DNA of 64,000 nt, taken from contig JBAQRU010000053.1 in the NCBI GenBank assembly GCA_049296025.1, forward strand, positions 2,088 to 66,087, in the 5' to 3' direction. Position numbers and translations under genes: made by a program. The notes under the pieces are model-generated. The model was not told the DNA's origin, made no database searches, and saw only the letters and a program-made list of their open reading frames with translations. Position 1 is the first letter of the stretch. Each line of letters opens with the position of its first letter. Shown one piece after another: positions 23,442 through 31,723 of this stretch. Source of the stretch: Lysobacteraceae bacterium (GTDB lineage: Bacteria > Pseudomonadota > Gammaproteobacteria > Xanthomonadales > Xanthomonadaceae).

Positions 23442-24053
23442 TCAGGCGTTCGCCAGCACCCTTGCCAACCATTCCGGTGCGGGCTGATCGGGATCGAAAT
23501 ATTCGAAGATCAGGTGGATGCGGTCGGTGTCGCCATCGTTCTTCACCGCATGCACGCTCATGTTGTTGACTTCGGCGGCCTCGCCTTCGGGCATGTGGTA
23601 GCCGACGCTGTCGACGAAAAAGGTCACCTTGCCGTTGGTCAGCAGCGGCACGTGGATCTTGTGCGGCCACTTCGCTGCGGCGTTGGCGTCGCGATGCGGC
23701 TTGATCTCGCCGCCCGGCGCCATCCGCGCGAACATCACCCGCGGAAACTGTCCGTTGGCGTAGCCGTAAGGCGCCACCGCCGCCTGCATGACCGGCTCCA
23801 ACAGCGCACGCCATTCGGCCCAGGCCGGACGGTCGTGCGAGCTGCGCCAGTCGCGCACGCTGTCGACGAAACGGAACACGATATGCCGGGTCTTGTCCAA
23901 GGCCTCGAAGCGGTTCGGCTTGTCCGCATTCTCCGCATCCCAGACCGACTCCGGCAGCGCCAGCACCGCCGCTTTCAGCGCAGCGATATCGACAGGGCCC
24001 AGGCGGCGGATCGTGGCGGTCTTTCGCGGATTGGCGTAGGGGTCGTGACTCAT
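23442..24053 (-). CDS. Aspartyl/asparaginyl beta-hydroxylase-family 2OG oxygenase
   Basis: KPHRDAN...KIHVPLLTNGKVTFFV....EGEAAEVNNMSVHAVKNDGDTDRIHLIFEY matches the Asp_Arg_Hydrox family. Confidence 0.8.
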   Translation of the reverse strand: MSHDPYANPRKTATIRRLGPVDIAALKAAVLALPESVWDAENADKPNRFEALDKTRHIVFRFVDSVRDWRSSHDRPAWAEWRALLEPVMQAAVAPYGYANGQFPRVMFARMAPGGEIKPHRDANAAAKWPHKIHVPLLTNGKVTFFVDSVGYHMPEGEAAEVNNMSVHAVKNDGDTDRIHLIFEYFDPDQPAPEWLARVLANA

Positions 24054-24097
24054 CGCATGGCTCGGGTTGGGTGCGGCTCGGATTGGGTGCGCTTGGG

Positions 24098-24721
24098 TCA
24101 GAAGCGGTAGTCGAACAGTTCCAGGTCGCGACGGTACAGCTCGGTCACGCCGTCGATCAGGGCCTGGTCGTAATACCGCCGGTAATCGCCGCGTTTGGAG
24201 CTGTTGACCTTGTCCAGCGCGCGGCTCGGGATGCCGACCTTCGCGCAGACCGCATCGTAATCGTCCTGCATGCGTTCGACCCGGCCGATGAAGTCCATCT
24301 CCAGGGTATCGTCGGCGTCGGTCAGCAAGGTGTACTGCGGCTGGAAGTGCACATGGTCCATCGGCCGCAATTCGAACAGGATCCTGCGCATCGTGCCCTG
24401 CGGGTCGCGCTCGAACGCACCGTGCTGGCGGGTCATGAACGCGCAGTACGAGACGAAGCGATCGAATGGATTGCGCACGAAGGTGAATTTGAAATAGCCG
24501 TCACAGACGTCATCGCCAAGATACGGGCGCACCTGACGCACGCTGAGATGACCATGTCGGATCCGCGCAACCTCATCGAACGGGAAGCGCTTGTTCACGA
24601 ACAGCCCGACCTGTTCGATATCGTCCGGGCCGAGATGCTCGCGCAGCGCCTGCCGCACCGAATGGGTGCCGGTCTTGGGCATCGCGACGAAAATGTAACG
24701 GTGCAGATGAGAAACGATCAT
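24098..24721 (-). CDS. Sulfotransferase family protein (Sulfotransfer_2-like)
   Basis: N-terminus MIVSHLHRYIFVAMPKTGTHSVRQAL is a PAPS-binding 5'-PSB-type motif. Start set at ATG 24721. Confidence 0.75.
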   Translation of the reverse strand: MIVSHLHRYIFVAMPKTGTHSVRQALREHLGPDDIEQVGLFVNKRFPFDEVARIRHGHLSVRQVRPYLGDDVCDGYFKFTFVRNPFDRFVSYCAFMTRQHGAFERDPQGTMRRILFELRPMDHVHFQPQYTLLTDADDTLEMDFIGRVERMQDDYDAVCAKVGIPSRALDKVNSSKRGDYRRYYDQALIDGVTELYRRDLELFDYRF

Positions 24722-24831
24722 GGTCGAGCCGGGTGCTGAGGGCGCATGATCGCACAGCCTGCTGGCATCCCGCCCCGCATGCGTCATGCTCGTGGAATGT
24801 TTGCACTAGTCGAACCGGAGATCGTCCAAGG

Positions 24832-25488
24832 ATGAAACGCACCCACACCGAACGCGAAGAAACCCTCGCCGAAGAAATCGCCAGCGCCCTCACCCACGGC
24901 CTGGGCGCTGCCGCAGCGCTTGCGGGAGGCGCGGTGCTCATCACCCTCGCCGCGCTGTACGGCGACGGTTGGCAGCTCAGCGCCGCCATCGTCTTTGGCA
25001 TCACCCTGCTGCTGCTCTACGTCGCCTCGACGCTGTACCACGCGATCCAGCATCCGGTGACAAAGGGCCGGCTGAAGATCTTCGACCACTGCGCGATCTA
25101 CCTGCTGATCGCCGGCACCTACACCCCGTTCACCTTGATCGGCCTGCGCGAGACCGTCGGCTGGTGGCTGTTCGGCACCATCTGGGCGCTGGCGTTCTTC
25201 GGCGTGATCTTCAAACTGTTCTACACCGGCCGCTTCCAGCTGATCTCCACCATCGTCTACATCGCGATGGGCTGGCTGATCGTGGTCGCCGCCAAGCCCG
25301 CGATGAAAGCGCTCGATCCGTGGACCTTCGCCTGGCTGCTCGGCGGCGGCGTCGCCTACACGCTCGGCACGTTTTTCTACCACCGGCCGAAGATGCCGTA
25401 CTCGCACGCGATCTGGCATATGTTCGTGATCGCCGGCAGCGTCTGCCACTACGTCGCGGTAATGGCGCAGGTGGTCTCCGTCCGGTAA
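24832..25488 (+). CDS. Hemolysin III / PAQR family membrane protein
   Basis: EEIASALTHGLG, STLYH, DHCAIYLLIAGTYTPF and HAIWHMFVIAGSVCHY motifs. Start at ATG 24832. Confidence 0.85.
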   Translation: MKRTHTEREETLAEEIASALTHGLGAAAALAGGAVLITLAALYGDGWQLSAAIVFGITLLLLYVASTLYHAIQHPVTKGRLKIFDHCAIYLLIAGTYTPFTLIGLRETVGWWLFGTIWALAFFGVIFKLFYTGRFQLISTIVYIAMGWLIVVAAKPAMKALDPWTFAWLLGGGVAYTLGTFFYHRPKMPYSHAIWHMFVIAGSVCHYVAVMAQVVSVR

Positions 25489-25573
25489 ACGACATCGGAA
25501 GCCGGGCTGGCCGGCCATCGTTGCCAAGCCCGTCTACCCGGTGCCGCGACCGATTCGCGCGAAGGGGATTGCC

Positions 25574-25873
25574 ATGACCCAGCCGCTGCCGGGCATCGAC
25601 CACATCGTGGTGCTGATGCTGGAAAACCGTTCGTTCGACAACCTGTTCGGCGGCCTGTATCCCGCCGGCCCGGGTTTCCACGGTCTGACCGGAAACGAAT
25701 CGAACTTCAACCCGACCGCACCCGGCGTCGGCACCTGGACGGTGTGGCAAGCCCCGCCGGGCAGCGCCACCGGCACGATCCCGAACCCGGGCCCGGGCTT
25801 TGCATGCGCGAATGCTCAGGGCAGCCAAAGACCTGTTCATGCGAGAAAGGCCAACGTCCCATTGATGCATTAG
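25574..25873 (+). pseudogene. 5' fragment of a phosphoesterase (phospholipase C / acid phosphatase family) gene
   Basis: GIDHIVVLMLENRSFDNLFG is the N-terminal signature of proteins that are normally over 400 aa. Here the frame loses similarity after about 80 aa and stops at 25873. No continuation is visible in any frame. Confidence 0.65.
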
Positions 25874-25931
25874 CAGCGGTGCAGCCATTCAACATTGGAG
25901 ACCCGGAGGGCGGTGCGCAGGACGCGCACCG

Positions 25932-25964
25932 TTTTTCGATGAGGCAGGACGCCTCATCGAAAAA
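25932..25964. terminator. Bidirectional intrinsic-terminator-like hairpin
   Basis: TTTTTCGATGAGGC-AGGAC-GCCTCATCGAAAAA. Perfect 14-bp stem including the T5/A5 flanks. Confidence 0.55.
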
Positions 25965-26016
25965 TCCCAGCCATATCGCAGATTGCTGTTTAGATTTGGA
26001 CCTGAATGTTTTCTTT

Positions 26017-26110
26017 GGTGACTTTCTTGACTCGCGCCTGCGGCGCTCGCCCTCCGGGCCGGCTTCGCCGTTCGCGCCGCACGCGGCGCAGTGCGCCAAA
26101 GAAAGTCACC
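26017..26110. repeat. 12-bp perfect inverted repeat bracketing a 70-nt GC-rich core (REP/MITE-like or element end)
   Basis: GGTGACTTTCTT (26017-26028) and AAGAAAGTCACC (26099-26110). Confidence 0.4.
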
Positions 26111-26177
26111 CACGCGACAGCGTGGAAGCTTTGCTTTTGACTGCTGACGGGTATCGCTAAGTCCAGCCCAGCCCATC

Positions 26178-27338
26178 TCACTCACTGTTTATTGCTTCCA
26201 GAATTTTTCTATCTGATGATAATCGACTGAGCTCTTTGTCAAACTCTGACAACCCGCTTGGTGGTTCAAAAACGAGATTAATTACATGAACTCCAGATGC
26301 ATCTGTATCAGAGAGAAGCTTATCCAAATCAGAAACGCCAGTCTCAAAATTTTTTATTATTTCAGAAGTCCACCCATGCATCATTTTGAAAAGTGGATCG
26401 AACGCTTCATGTGGCCTTGAAAAACGCACGTCCATCTCAAGATCGTATAGCGACAAAAGAACGCCGTACAAATTGTCGCAAGCACGCTTTATCTTTACTG
26501 CATCTCCAGGCATCCCAGAGGGGCCAAACGCACTCATGAGCTGATTGTTTAATATTTCACAAGCCGATTTAACAGAATTACTTATATCAGAAAGTAGATT
26601 TCTAATGAATTTAGGCGTGCTCTTCCCCGAAATGTATTTTTGCCTTCTGAAGACAAATCCAGAATTTAAATCTTCATATTTTATTGATATCTTCAGCAGC
26701 CTATCTTTCAATATTTCACAAGCAAGCCTGTATTCCCAAGAATCATATTTGTCCGTAGCTATTTTAACAATGGACTCATTTTCATAAGCAAAATCAGCAG
26801 GGACAATAAGTCGATTTTCTTGCATTCGAGTTATTAACTCCCTAAACCTTATCGATAACTGTATTTTTAATGAAGATATTATTTCTTCAGTTCTTGAAAA
26901 TGGGAAAACCCACTTTGAATCAGACTCGACCTCGCCCAGAAAATCAAAAACACCATTGTCTTCAACTACCGGGCCAAGATCTATTTTCGGATTGTTTTTG
27001 TGGATTAACCTAAGATCCCATACGGATTTATCAACAAAAACCAAGCAATCAATTTTCGCAAGCTTGGCTTCTCGGTATTCTGAATTGACAACCGACTTTC
27101 CACTTGAAGGATCAAGAGAACCTCTTTTCCCTCCAATTATCAAGACAAATATATCTGCCCTCTCCCTGACAACCTTCTTGCAATTGTCAACTGTTGACAA
27201 GCTTGGGCTAACCGGAAAAGACGCGTATTCACTTAAAACTGGATCATGTCCCAACGACGTGATCTCCGCCATGAGATGCTCTCTAAGAGCTCTCAAATCG
27301 TAACAAGTCGAACTAATAAATATTGAAGTAGGACGCAT
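26178..27338 (-). CDS. AT-rich orphan protein: DUF4062-like (TIR/Rossmann-like) N-terminal domain plus an unassigned helical C-terminal region
   Basis: Uninterrupted 386-aa ORF with AGGAG 7 nt upstream of the ATG. IFISSTCYDLRALREHL, ADIFVLIIGGKRGS and SVVNSEYREAKLAKIDCLVFV fit my memory of DUF4062. G+C is about 33% on the line I counted. Confidence 0.75.
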   Translation of the reverse strand: MRPTSIFISSTCYDLRALREHLMAEITSLGHDPVLSEYASFPVSPSLSTVDNCKKVVRERADIFVLIIGGKRGSLDPSSGKSVVNSEYREAKLAKIDCLVFVDKSVWDLRLIHKNNPKIDLGPVVEDNGVFDFLGEVESDSKWVFPFSRTEEIISSLKIQLSIRFRELITRMQENRLIVPADFAYENESIVKIATDKYDSWEYRLACEILKDRLLKISIKYEDLNSGFVFRRQKYISGKSTPKFIRNLLSDISNSVKSACEILNNQLMSAFGPSGMPGDAVKIKRACDNLYGVLLSLYDLEMDVRFSRPHEAFDPLFKMMHGWTSEIIKNFETGVSDLDKLLSDTDASGVHVINLVFEPPSGLSEFDKELSRLSSDRKILEAINSE

Positions 27339-27348
27339 CCATAAACTC

Positions 27349-27777
27349 CTAACTCGAAATATACCGCTGCAAAGAATCCAACTCCGCCCGCTGATCCTCG
27401 ATCACCGCCTTCACCAGATCCCCGATCGACACGATTCCCACAACATCATCACCATCCACCACAGGTAGATGCCGGATGCGACGCTCCGTCATCACCTGCA
27501 TGCAACCATCCGACGTATCGAGCGACGTAGCGACGATCACTTCGGACGTCATGATGTCGCGCACCGGCGTGTCCGAAGACGAACGCCCCTGCAGCACGAC
27601 TTTGCGCGCGTAATCGCGTTCGGAAAGGATGCCGACAAGGCGGGGGCCGTCCATCACCAGCAGTGCGCCGATGCGCGCCTCCGCCATCAGGCGGATGGCG
27701 TCGAGGACCGGGGCCTCAGGACGGATCGCGTGGATCGCGGGGCTCTTCGCTTCCAACAGCTGACGGACGGTACGCAT
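27349..27777 (-). CDS. CBS-domain pair protein
   Basis: Two CBS repeats (..IGALLVMDGPRLVGILSERD.. and ..IRHLPVVDGDDVVGIVSIGDL..). Start set at ATG 27777 (MRTVRQLL). Confidence 0.8.
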   Translation of the reverse strand: MRTVRQLLEAKSPAIHAIRPEAPVLDAIRLMAEARIGALLVMDGPRLVGILSERDYARKVVLQGRSSSDTPVRDIMTSEVIVATSLDTSDGCMQVMTERRIRHLPVVDGDDVVGIVSIGDLVKAVIEDQRAELDSLQRYISS

Positions 27778-28762
27778 GGCGCAAGTCTCCTTCAGGGGCG
27801 ATGTCCCCGGAGGATACGCCCGCAGCGGGCCGCCAGCGATCCACCAGATACAGCGGCCGCTGCTTGGATTCCTCATACAGCCGGCCGAGGTATTCGCCGA
27901 TTACGCCCAGCGCCATCAGCTGCACGCCGCCCAGCAGCAGGATCACGGTCATCATCGTCGGCCAGCCGGCCACCGGATCGCCCCAGAACATCGCCTTGAT
28001 CACGATCCACGATGCGTAGACGAACGCCAGCACGGCGGTGAGCACGCCGAGATAGGTCGCCACCCGCAGCGGCGCGGTGGAAAAACTGGTCACGCCTTCA
28101 AGTGCGAAGTTCCACAACCGCCATGCGTTGAACTTGCTGCGTCCGGCCACGCGCGCTTCGCGGTGGTAGGGAATGGAAACCTGCCGGAACCCGACCCAAC
28201 CGAACAGGCCCTTCATGAAGCGGTGCCGCTCGCGCAGTTCGCGCAGGGCGGCAAGCGAGCGCGGTGACAGCAGGCGGAAGTCGCCGGTATCGGTAGGGAT
28301 CGGGGTTTTCGACAGCCGCTGCATCACCCGGTAGAAGCCGTGGGCGGTGGTGCGCTTGAACCAGCCCTCGCCGTCGCGCGCGGTGCGGGTGCCGTGGACG
28401 TCGTCGTAGCCCTCGCGCCATTTCGCCACGAACTGCGGGATCAGCTCCGGCGGGTCCTGGCCGTCGGCGTCGAGAATGATCGCGGCACCTTCGCGGACCT
28501 GATCGAGACCGGCGGTGAGCGCGGCCTCCTTGCCGAAATTGCGGCTGAGCCGCAGCAGCGACACCCGAGGGTCGGCAGCGGCGATGTCGTCGAGCACCGC
28601 CCAGGTGCGGTCGCGACTGCCGTCGTCGACGTACAGCACATGCCCCTCCACGCCCTCGCCCACCAGCCCGTCGAGCACGGCGGCGATCCGCGGGTGCAGC
28701 GCCGGCAGGGCTTCGGCCTCGTTGAAGGCGGCGACGACGACGGTCAGGCGATCGGCATTCAT
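27716..28762 (-). CDS. Polyprenyl-phosphate glycosyltransferase, GT2 (GtrB/ArnC/DPM1-like)
   Basis: LTVVVAAFNEAEAL..YVDDGSRDRT..LSRNFGKEAALTAGL..ILDADGQDPPE plus two C-terminal TM helices. Start set at ATG 28762. Confidence 0.85.
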   Translation of the reverse strand: MNADRLTVVVAAFNEAEALPALHPRIAAVLDGLVGEGVEGHVLYVDDGSRDRTWAVLDDIAAADPRVSLLRLSRNFGKEAALTAGLDQVREGAAIILDADGQDPPELIPQFVAKWREGYDDVHGTRTARDGEGWFKRTTAHGFYRVMQRLSKTPIPTDTGDFRLLSPRSLAALRELRERHRFMKGLFGWVGFRQVSIPYHREARVAGRSKFNAWRLWNFALEGVTSFSTAPLRVATYLGVLTAVLAFVYASWIVIKAMFWGDPVAGWPTMMTVILLLGGVQLMALGVIGEYLGRLYEESKQRPLYLVDRWRPAAGVSSGDIAPEGDLRHAYRPSAVGSEEPRDPRDPS

Positions 28763-28787
28763 ATAGATAGAGTACGCGCCAGCGCCG

Positions 28788-29591
28788 TCAGTCGAACTGC
28801 AGGTAGGCGACGCCGCCCAGCGCCCGCATCTGCCGCTCGATCGACCGGCTGCGGCGCTGCACGTAGGGGCCGGGCTTGGCGACGCTGTATTTGCGCGGAT
28901 TGGGCAGCACTGCGGCAAGCCGGGCGGCTTCGGCAGCCGTGAGCCTGGATGCGTCCTTGCGGAAGAATCGACGCGCGGCGGCCTGGGCGCCATAGACGCC
29001 GTCGCCGTATTCGATGACGTTGGCGTAGACCTCGATGATCCGCTCCTTCGGCCAGAGCGCTTCGATCAGCACGGTGTACCAGACCTCCAGGCCTTTGCGC
29101 AGCCAGCGGGTCACGCCACTGCCGCGCCAGAGAAAGAGGTTCTTCGCCAACTGCTGGCTGATGGTGCTGGCGCCACGCACCTTGCGGCCCTTGGCGTTGT
29201 GGGCACGGGCCTTCTCGATGGCCTTGAAGTCGAAACCGTCGTGAGCGGGAAAGTTCTGGTCTTCGGCGGCGACCAGGGCCAGCGGCAACAGCTTCGAGAT
29301 CTGGTCTGCGTCGCGCCAGTCGTAGGCGAGCGCGAAACCGCGGTCGCCCCCGCTCCACGCTTCGACGTAACGACCGACCATGAAGGCGGTCAGCGGCGGG
29401 TCGACGAAGCGCAGCACCGCGACCTGCAGCACCGTCGCCACCACGAACAACAGCGGAAGCCGGAAGAAGACCCAGCGCAACCAGCGACGGCGGTGGCGCG
29501 GCTTCGAAATGCCGGGCACGGCCCGCGCCGCGGGCTCGCCGAGGTTTGTTGAATCTGCGCCGTCGTGCCCCATCTTCTGCTGTCTCCCCAT
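28788..29591 (-). CDS. mtgA: Monofunctional peptidoglycan glycosyltransferase
   Basis: [27 protein letters not shown] and [34 protein letters not shown] motifs. Confidence 0.9.
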   Translation of the reverse strand: MGRQQKMGHDGADSTNLGEPAARAVPGISKPRHRRRWLRWVFFRLPLLFVVATVLQVAVLRFVDPPLTAFMVGRYVEAWSGGDRGFALAYDWRDADQISKLLPLALVAAEDQNFPAHDGFDFKAIEKARAHNAKGRKVRGASTISQQLAKNLFLWRGSGVTRWLRKGLEVWYTVLIEALWPKERIIEVYANVIEYGDGVYGAQAAARRFFRKDASRLTAAEAARLAAVLPNPRKYSVAKPGPYVQRRSRSIERQMRALGGVAYLQFD

Positions 29592-29676
29592 GCTGTCGCC
29601 GGTAGACCGGCTGCGGCATTATCCGCGATGCCACAGCTTCTTCACGACACCCCACGCCAATGAGCCCTACTCCGAC

Positions 29677-30582
29677 ATGACCGCTGAAGCCTCTCCCGAC
29701 CGACTCACCCGCTTCCTGCTGGAAGAAGCCGGCATACGTGGCGTGCATGTCCGTCTGGACGAGACCTGGGCACAGATCCGCAGTCGCGCCGAATATCCGG
29801 CCGCTGTCGCCACCATGCTGGGCGAAGCGGTCGCGGCCTCGGCGCTGTTCACCGCTCACGTGAAAGTGGATGGTCGGCTATCGGTGCAATTGCGCGGCGA
29901 CGGCGCGCTGCGCACCCTGTTCGCTGAATGCACCGGCGCCGGCACCCTGCGCGCCATCGCCACGATGGCCGAAGGCGACATCGAGGAGATGCATTCGCTG
30001 AGCTCGCTCGGGCCAGACGCCCTGCTCGCGATCACCATCGAAAATCCCGGCGCCCGCGATCAGGAGCCGTCGCGATATCAGGGATTGGTTGGGCTGGATG
30101 CCGACACCTTGTCGGAAGCGTTCGAGGGCTATTTCCGCCAGTCGGAACAACTGCCGACCCGGTTGCTGCTGGCCGCGAACCACGACCGGGTGTCCGGGCT
30201 GATGCTGCAGAAGCTCCCGGGCGATGAAGGCGACCTCGACGGTTGGGAGCGCGCCAGCGCGCTTTTCGACACCTTGGCCGCTCCGGAACTGATGGCAACG
30301 CCGGTCGAAACACTGCTCCACCGCCTGTTCCACGAGGACGGCGCGCGCCTGCTCGGCGAGAAACCGCTGAAGTTTGCTTGCTCATGCTCGCGCGAGCGGG
30401 TCTCGGCCATGCTGGAATCCCTCGGCGAAGACGAAGCGCGGGCTGCGGTGGAAGACAATGCCGGACAGGCGGAGATCCGCTGCGAATTCTGCGGCGAGAC
30501 CTACCTGTATTCGGCAGTGGAGGTCAGCGCACTCTTCTCCCGGCGCCCGGCCGAATGGAAGGCTCCCGAGCGGCTGCAATAG
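29677..30582 (+). CDS. hslO: Hsp33 redox-regulated chaperone
   Basis: Zinc centre CSCSRERV ... CEFCGETY at the C-terminus, with an N-terminal Hsp33 core. Start at ATG 29677. Confidence 0.9.
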   Translation: MTAEASPDRLTRFLLEEAGIRGVHVRLDETWAQIRSRAEYPAAVATMLGEAVAASALFTAHVKVDGRLSVQLRGDGALRTLFAECTGAGTLRAIATMAEGDIEEMHSLSSLGPDALLAITIENPGARDQEPSRYQGLVGLDADTLSEAFEGYFRQSEQLPTRLLLAANHDRVSGLMLQKLPGDEGDLDGWERASALFDTLAAPELMATPVETLLHRLFHEDGARLLGEKPLKFACSCSRERVSAMLESLGEDEARAAVEDNAGQAEIRCEFCGETYLYSAVEVSALFSRRPAEWKAPERLQ

Positions 30583-30710
30583 AACGCTCCTGCGCGCTCT
30601 GTCACGGTTTTCCAGACCCTTCCGGATTGTTAAAGAACCATAAATCTGATAGCCTGAAGCTCAGTGGACCCCAAGGAACTCGACCGCGTTTACACGGTCT
30701 GACGCACACC

Positions 30711-31553
30711 ATGCGCACCAGCCTTCGCACATTGCCGCTCCTGATGTTGCTCGCCCTCGGCGCGGCAACCTCGGCTCATGCGCAATCCAAAGCGGGCCGT
30801 GATCGCGTCGAACTCCCGATCTGGAACAAATCCAGCGGGCAATTCGAGGGAGTGGTGGTGCTCGAACCTGCGGACAATGCAAAATCCCGCACGCTCGCAC
30901 GGTTCGGGGTTCGTCATCTCGATTCGATCTTTGGACTCAGTGCCGGTGATTCACTGGGCCTGCTGTGCGATCGCAAGCAGGGTCTGACCAGCGCACTGAA
31001 CAATCTCGCAGACAACTGCGTGCTCGCCTCCTTCCCATCCAGTCGCCGCACCGGCGCCGCCGCGCTTTTCCAGCGTAACGGCACCCAGGTCGGCGTCGGC
31101 ACTGGCAGCACCCGCGCCGCCATGCCTGCCTGGCTGGCCCCGAGCGCTGGCGGCAACGGCCGGATCGATGTCAACGACCTGACCATTTTCAGCCAGAAGA
31201 CCCTTCCGCGCGAAGGTTATGTCTCGATCGCCGGCACGGTCGCCAAGGCCCGTCTGCAGACGCCATCCGAAATTCCCGGCTTCAGCGACCGCTGGACCTC
31301 CCGTCAGCTCAATGTCGGTGGCGGTATTGGCGCCTTCGGCGTCAATGTCATCGGTGAAGTCATTGATACGCCCGGTCGCGACCAGTGGAGCAGCCTGGGC
31401 CTCGGCCTGAGCTGGCGTACCCCGTGGAGCGGACAGCTCACGGTCGGCGCCGACAACCTGGTCACCCGGGGCAAAAACCCTTTCGCCCCGAACGCCGTCC
31501 AGGGCGAAGACGAGGGCGCAGTGCCCTACGTCCGTTACGAGCAGGATCTGTAA
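30711..31553 (+). CDS. Secreted hypothetical protein, possibly an outer-membrane beta-barrel
   Basis: Signal peptide MRTSLRTLPLLMLLALGAATSAHA. Gly/Ser-rich beta-like sequence ending ..GADNLVTRGKNPF..VPYVRYEQDL. Start at ATG 30711. Confidence 0.55.
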   Translation: MRTSLRTLPLLMLLALGAATSAHAQSKAGRDRVELPIWNKSSGQFEGVVVLEPADNAKSRTLARFGVRHLDSIFGLSAGDSLGLLCDRKQGLTSALNNLADNCVLASFPSSRRTGAAALFQRNGTQVGVGTGSTRAAMPAWLAPSAGGNGRIDVNDLTIFSQKTLPREGYVSIAGTVAKARLQTPSEIPGFSDRWTSRQLNVGGGIGAFGVNVIGEVIDTPGRDQWSSLGLGLSWRTPWSGQLTVGADNLVTRGKNPFAPNAVQGEDEGAVPYVRYEQDL

Positions 31554-31723
31554 GCCTGCGGTTTCCCTCGGGATTTGCCGACTTTCCGGCCCCGTGTTAA
31601 CGACACTTTAATTTTTCTCCGAGTGGGGCTACTATCGGCCCCGGCCTGACCTGCATTGGCGTCTTTCTTGACGGCAGCGGGCGGGTTCCCATGGGAAACC
31701 CCAAGACTCACTTGGAGAGAGAG

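Noticed and set aside
25874-26185. ORF-track entries in the island junction (25889-26185 -, 25744-26160 +, 25990-26181 -) as possible small partner genes of the AT-rich gene.
   Set aside because: There are no ribosome-binding sites and the translations are low-complexity. The frames run straight through the perfect hairpins and inverted repeats, so they are more likely non-coding structured DNA.
25489-27348. tRNA/tmRNA integration site, integrase, transposase or direct repeats defining a classical genomic island around the AT-rich gene.
   Set aside because: I could find no tRNA-like sequence, mobility gene or convincing flanking direct repeat by eye. The segment is only about 1.5 kb, so its mode of acquisition stays unknown. 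tRNAscan/ARAGORN should still be run.
27716-27777. The 62-nt overlap between the 3' end of the GT2 gene and the 5' end of the CBS gene as a sign of frameshift or fusion.
   Set aside because: Both frames are intact. The GT2 tail beyond ..LYLVDRW is low-complexity and probably non-essential, and the CBS domain needs the ATG at 27777. This is most simply an ordinary overlap or a slightly mis-set boundary.
31554-31723. Cobalamin or other riboswitch in the 170-nt leader of the TonB-dependent receptor, and upstream of the BtuF-like gene.
   Set aside because: No B12-box-like (GCCACUG) core or other riboswitch core is recognisable. The BtuF-like gene has no leader at all because of its GTGA overlap with pdxH.
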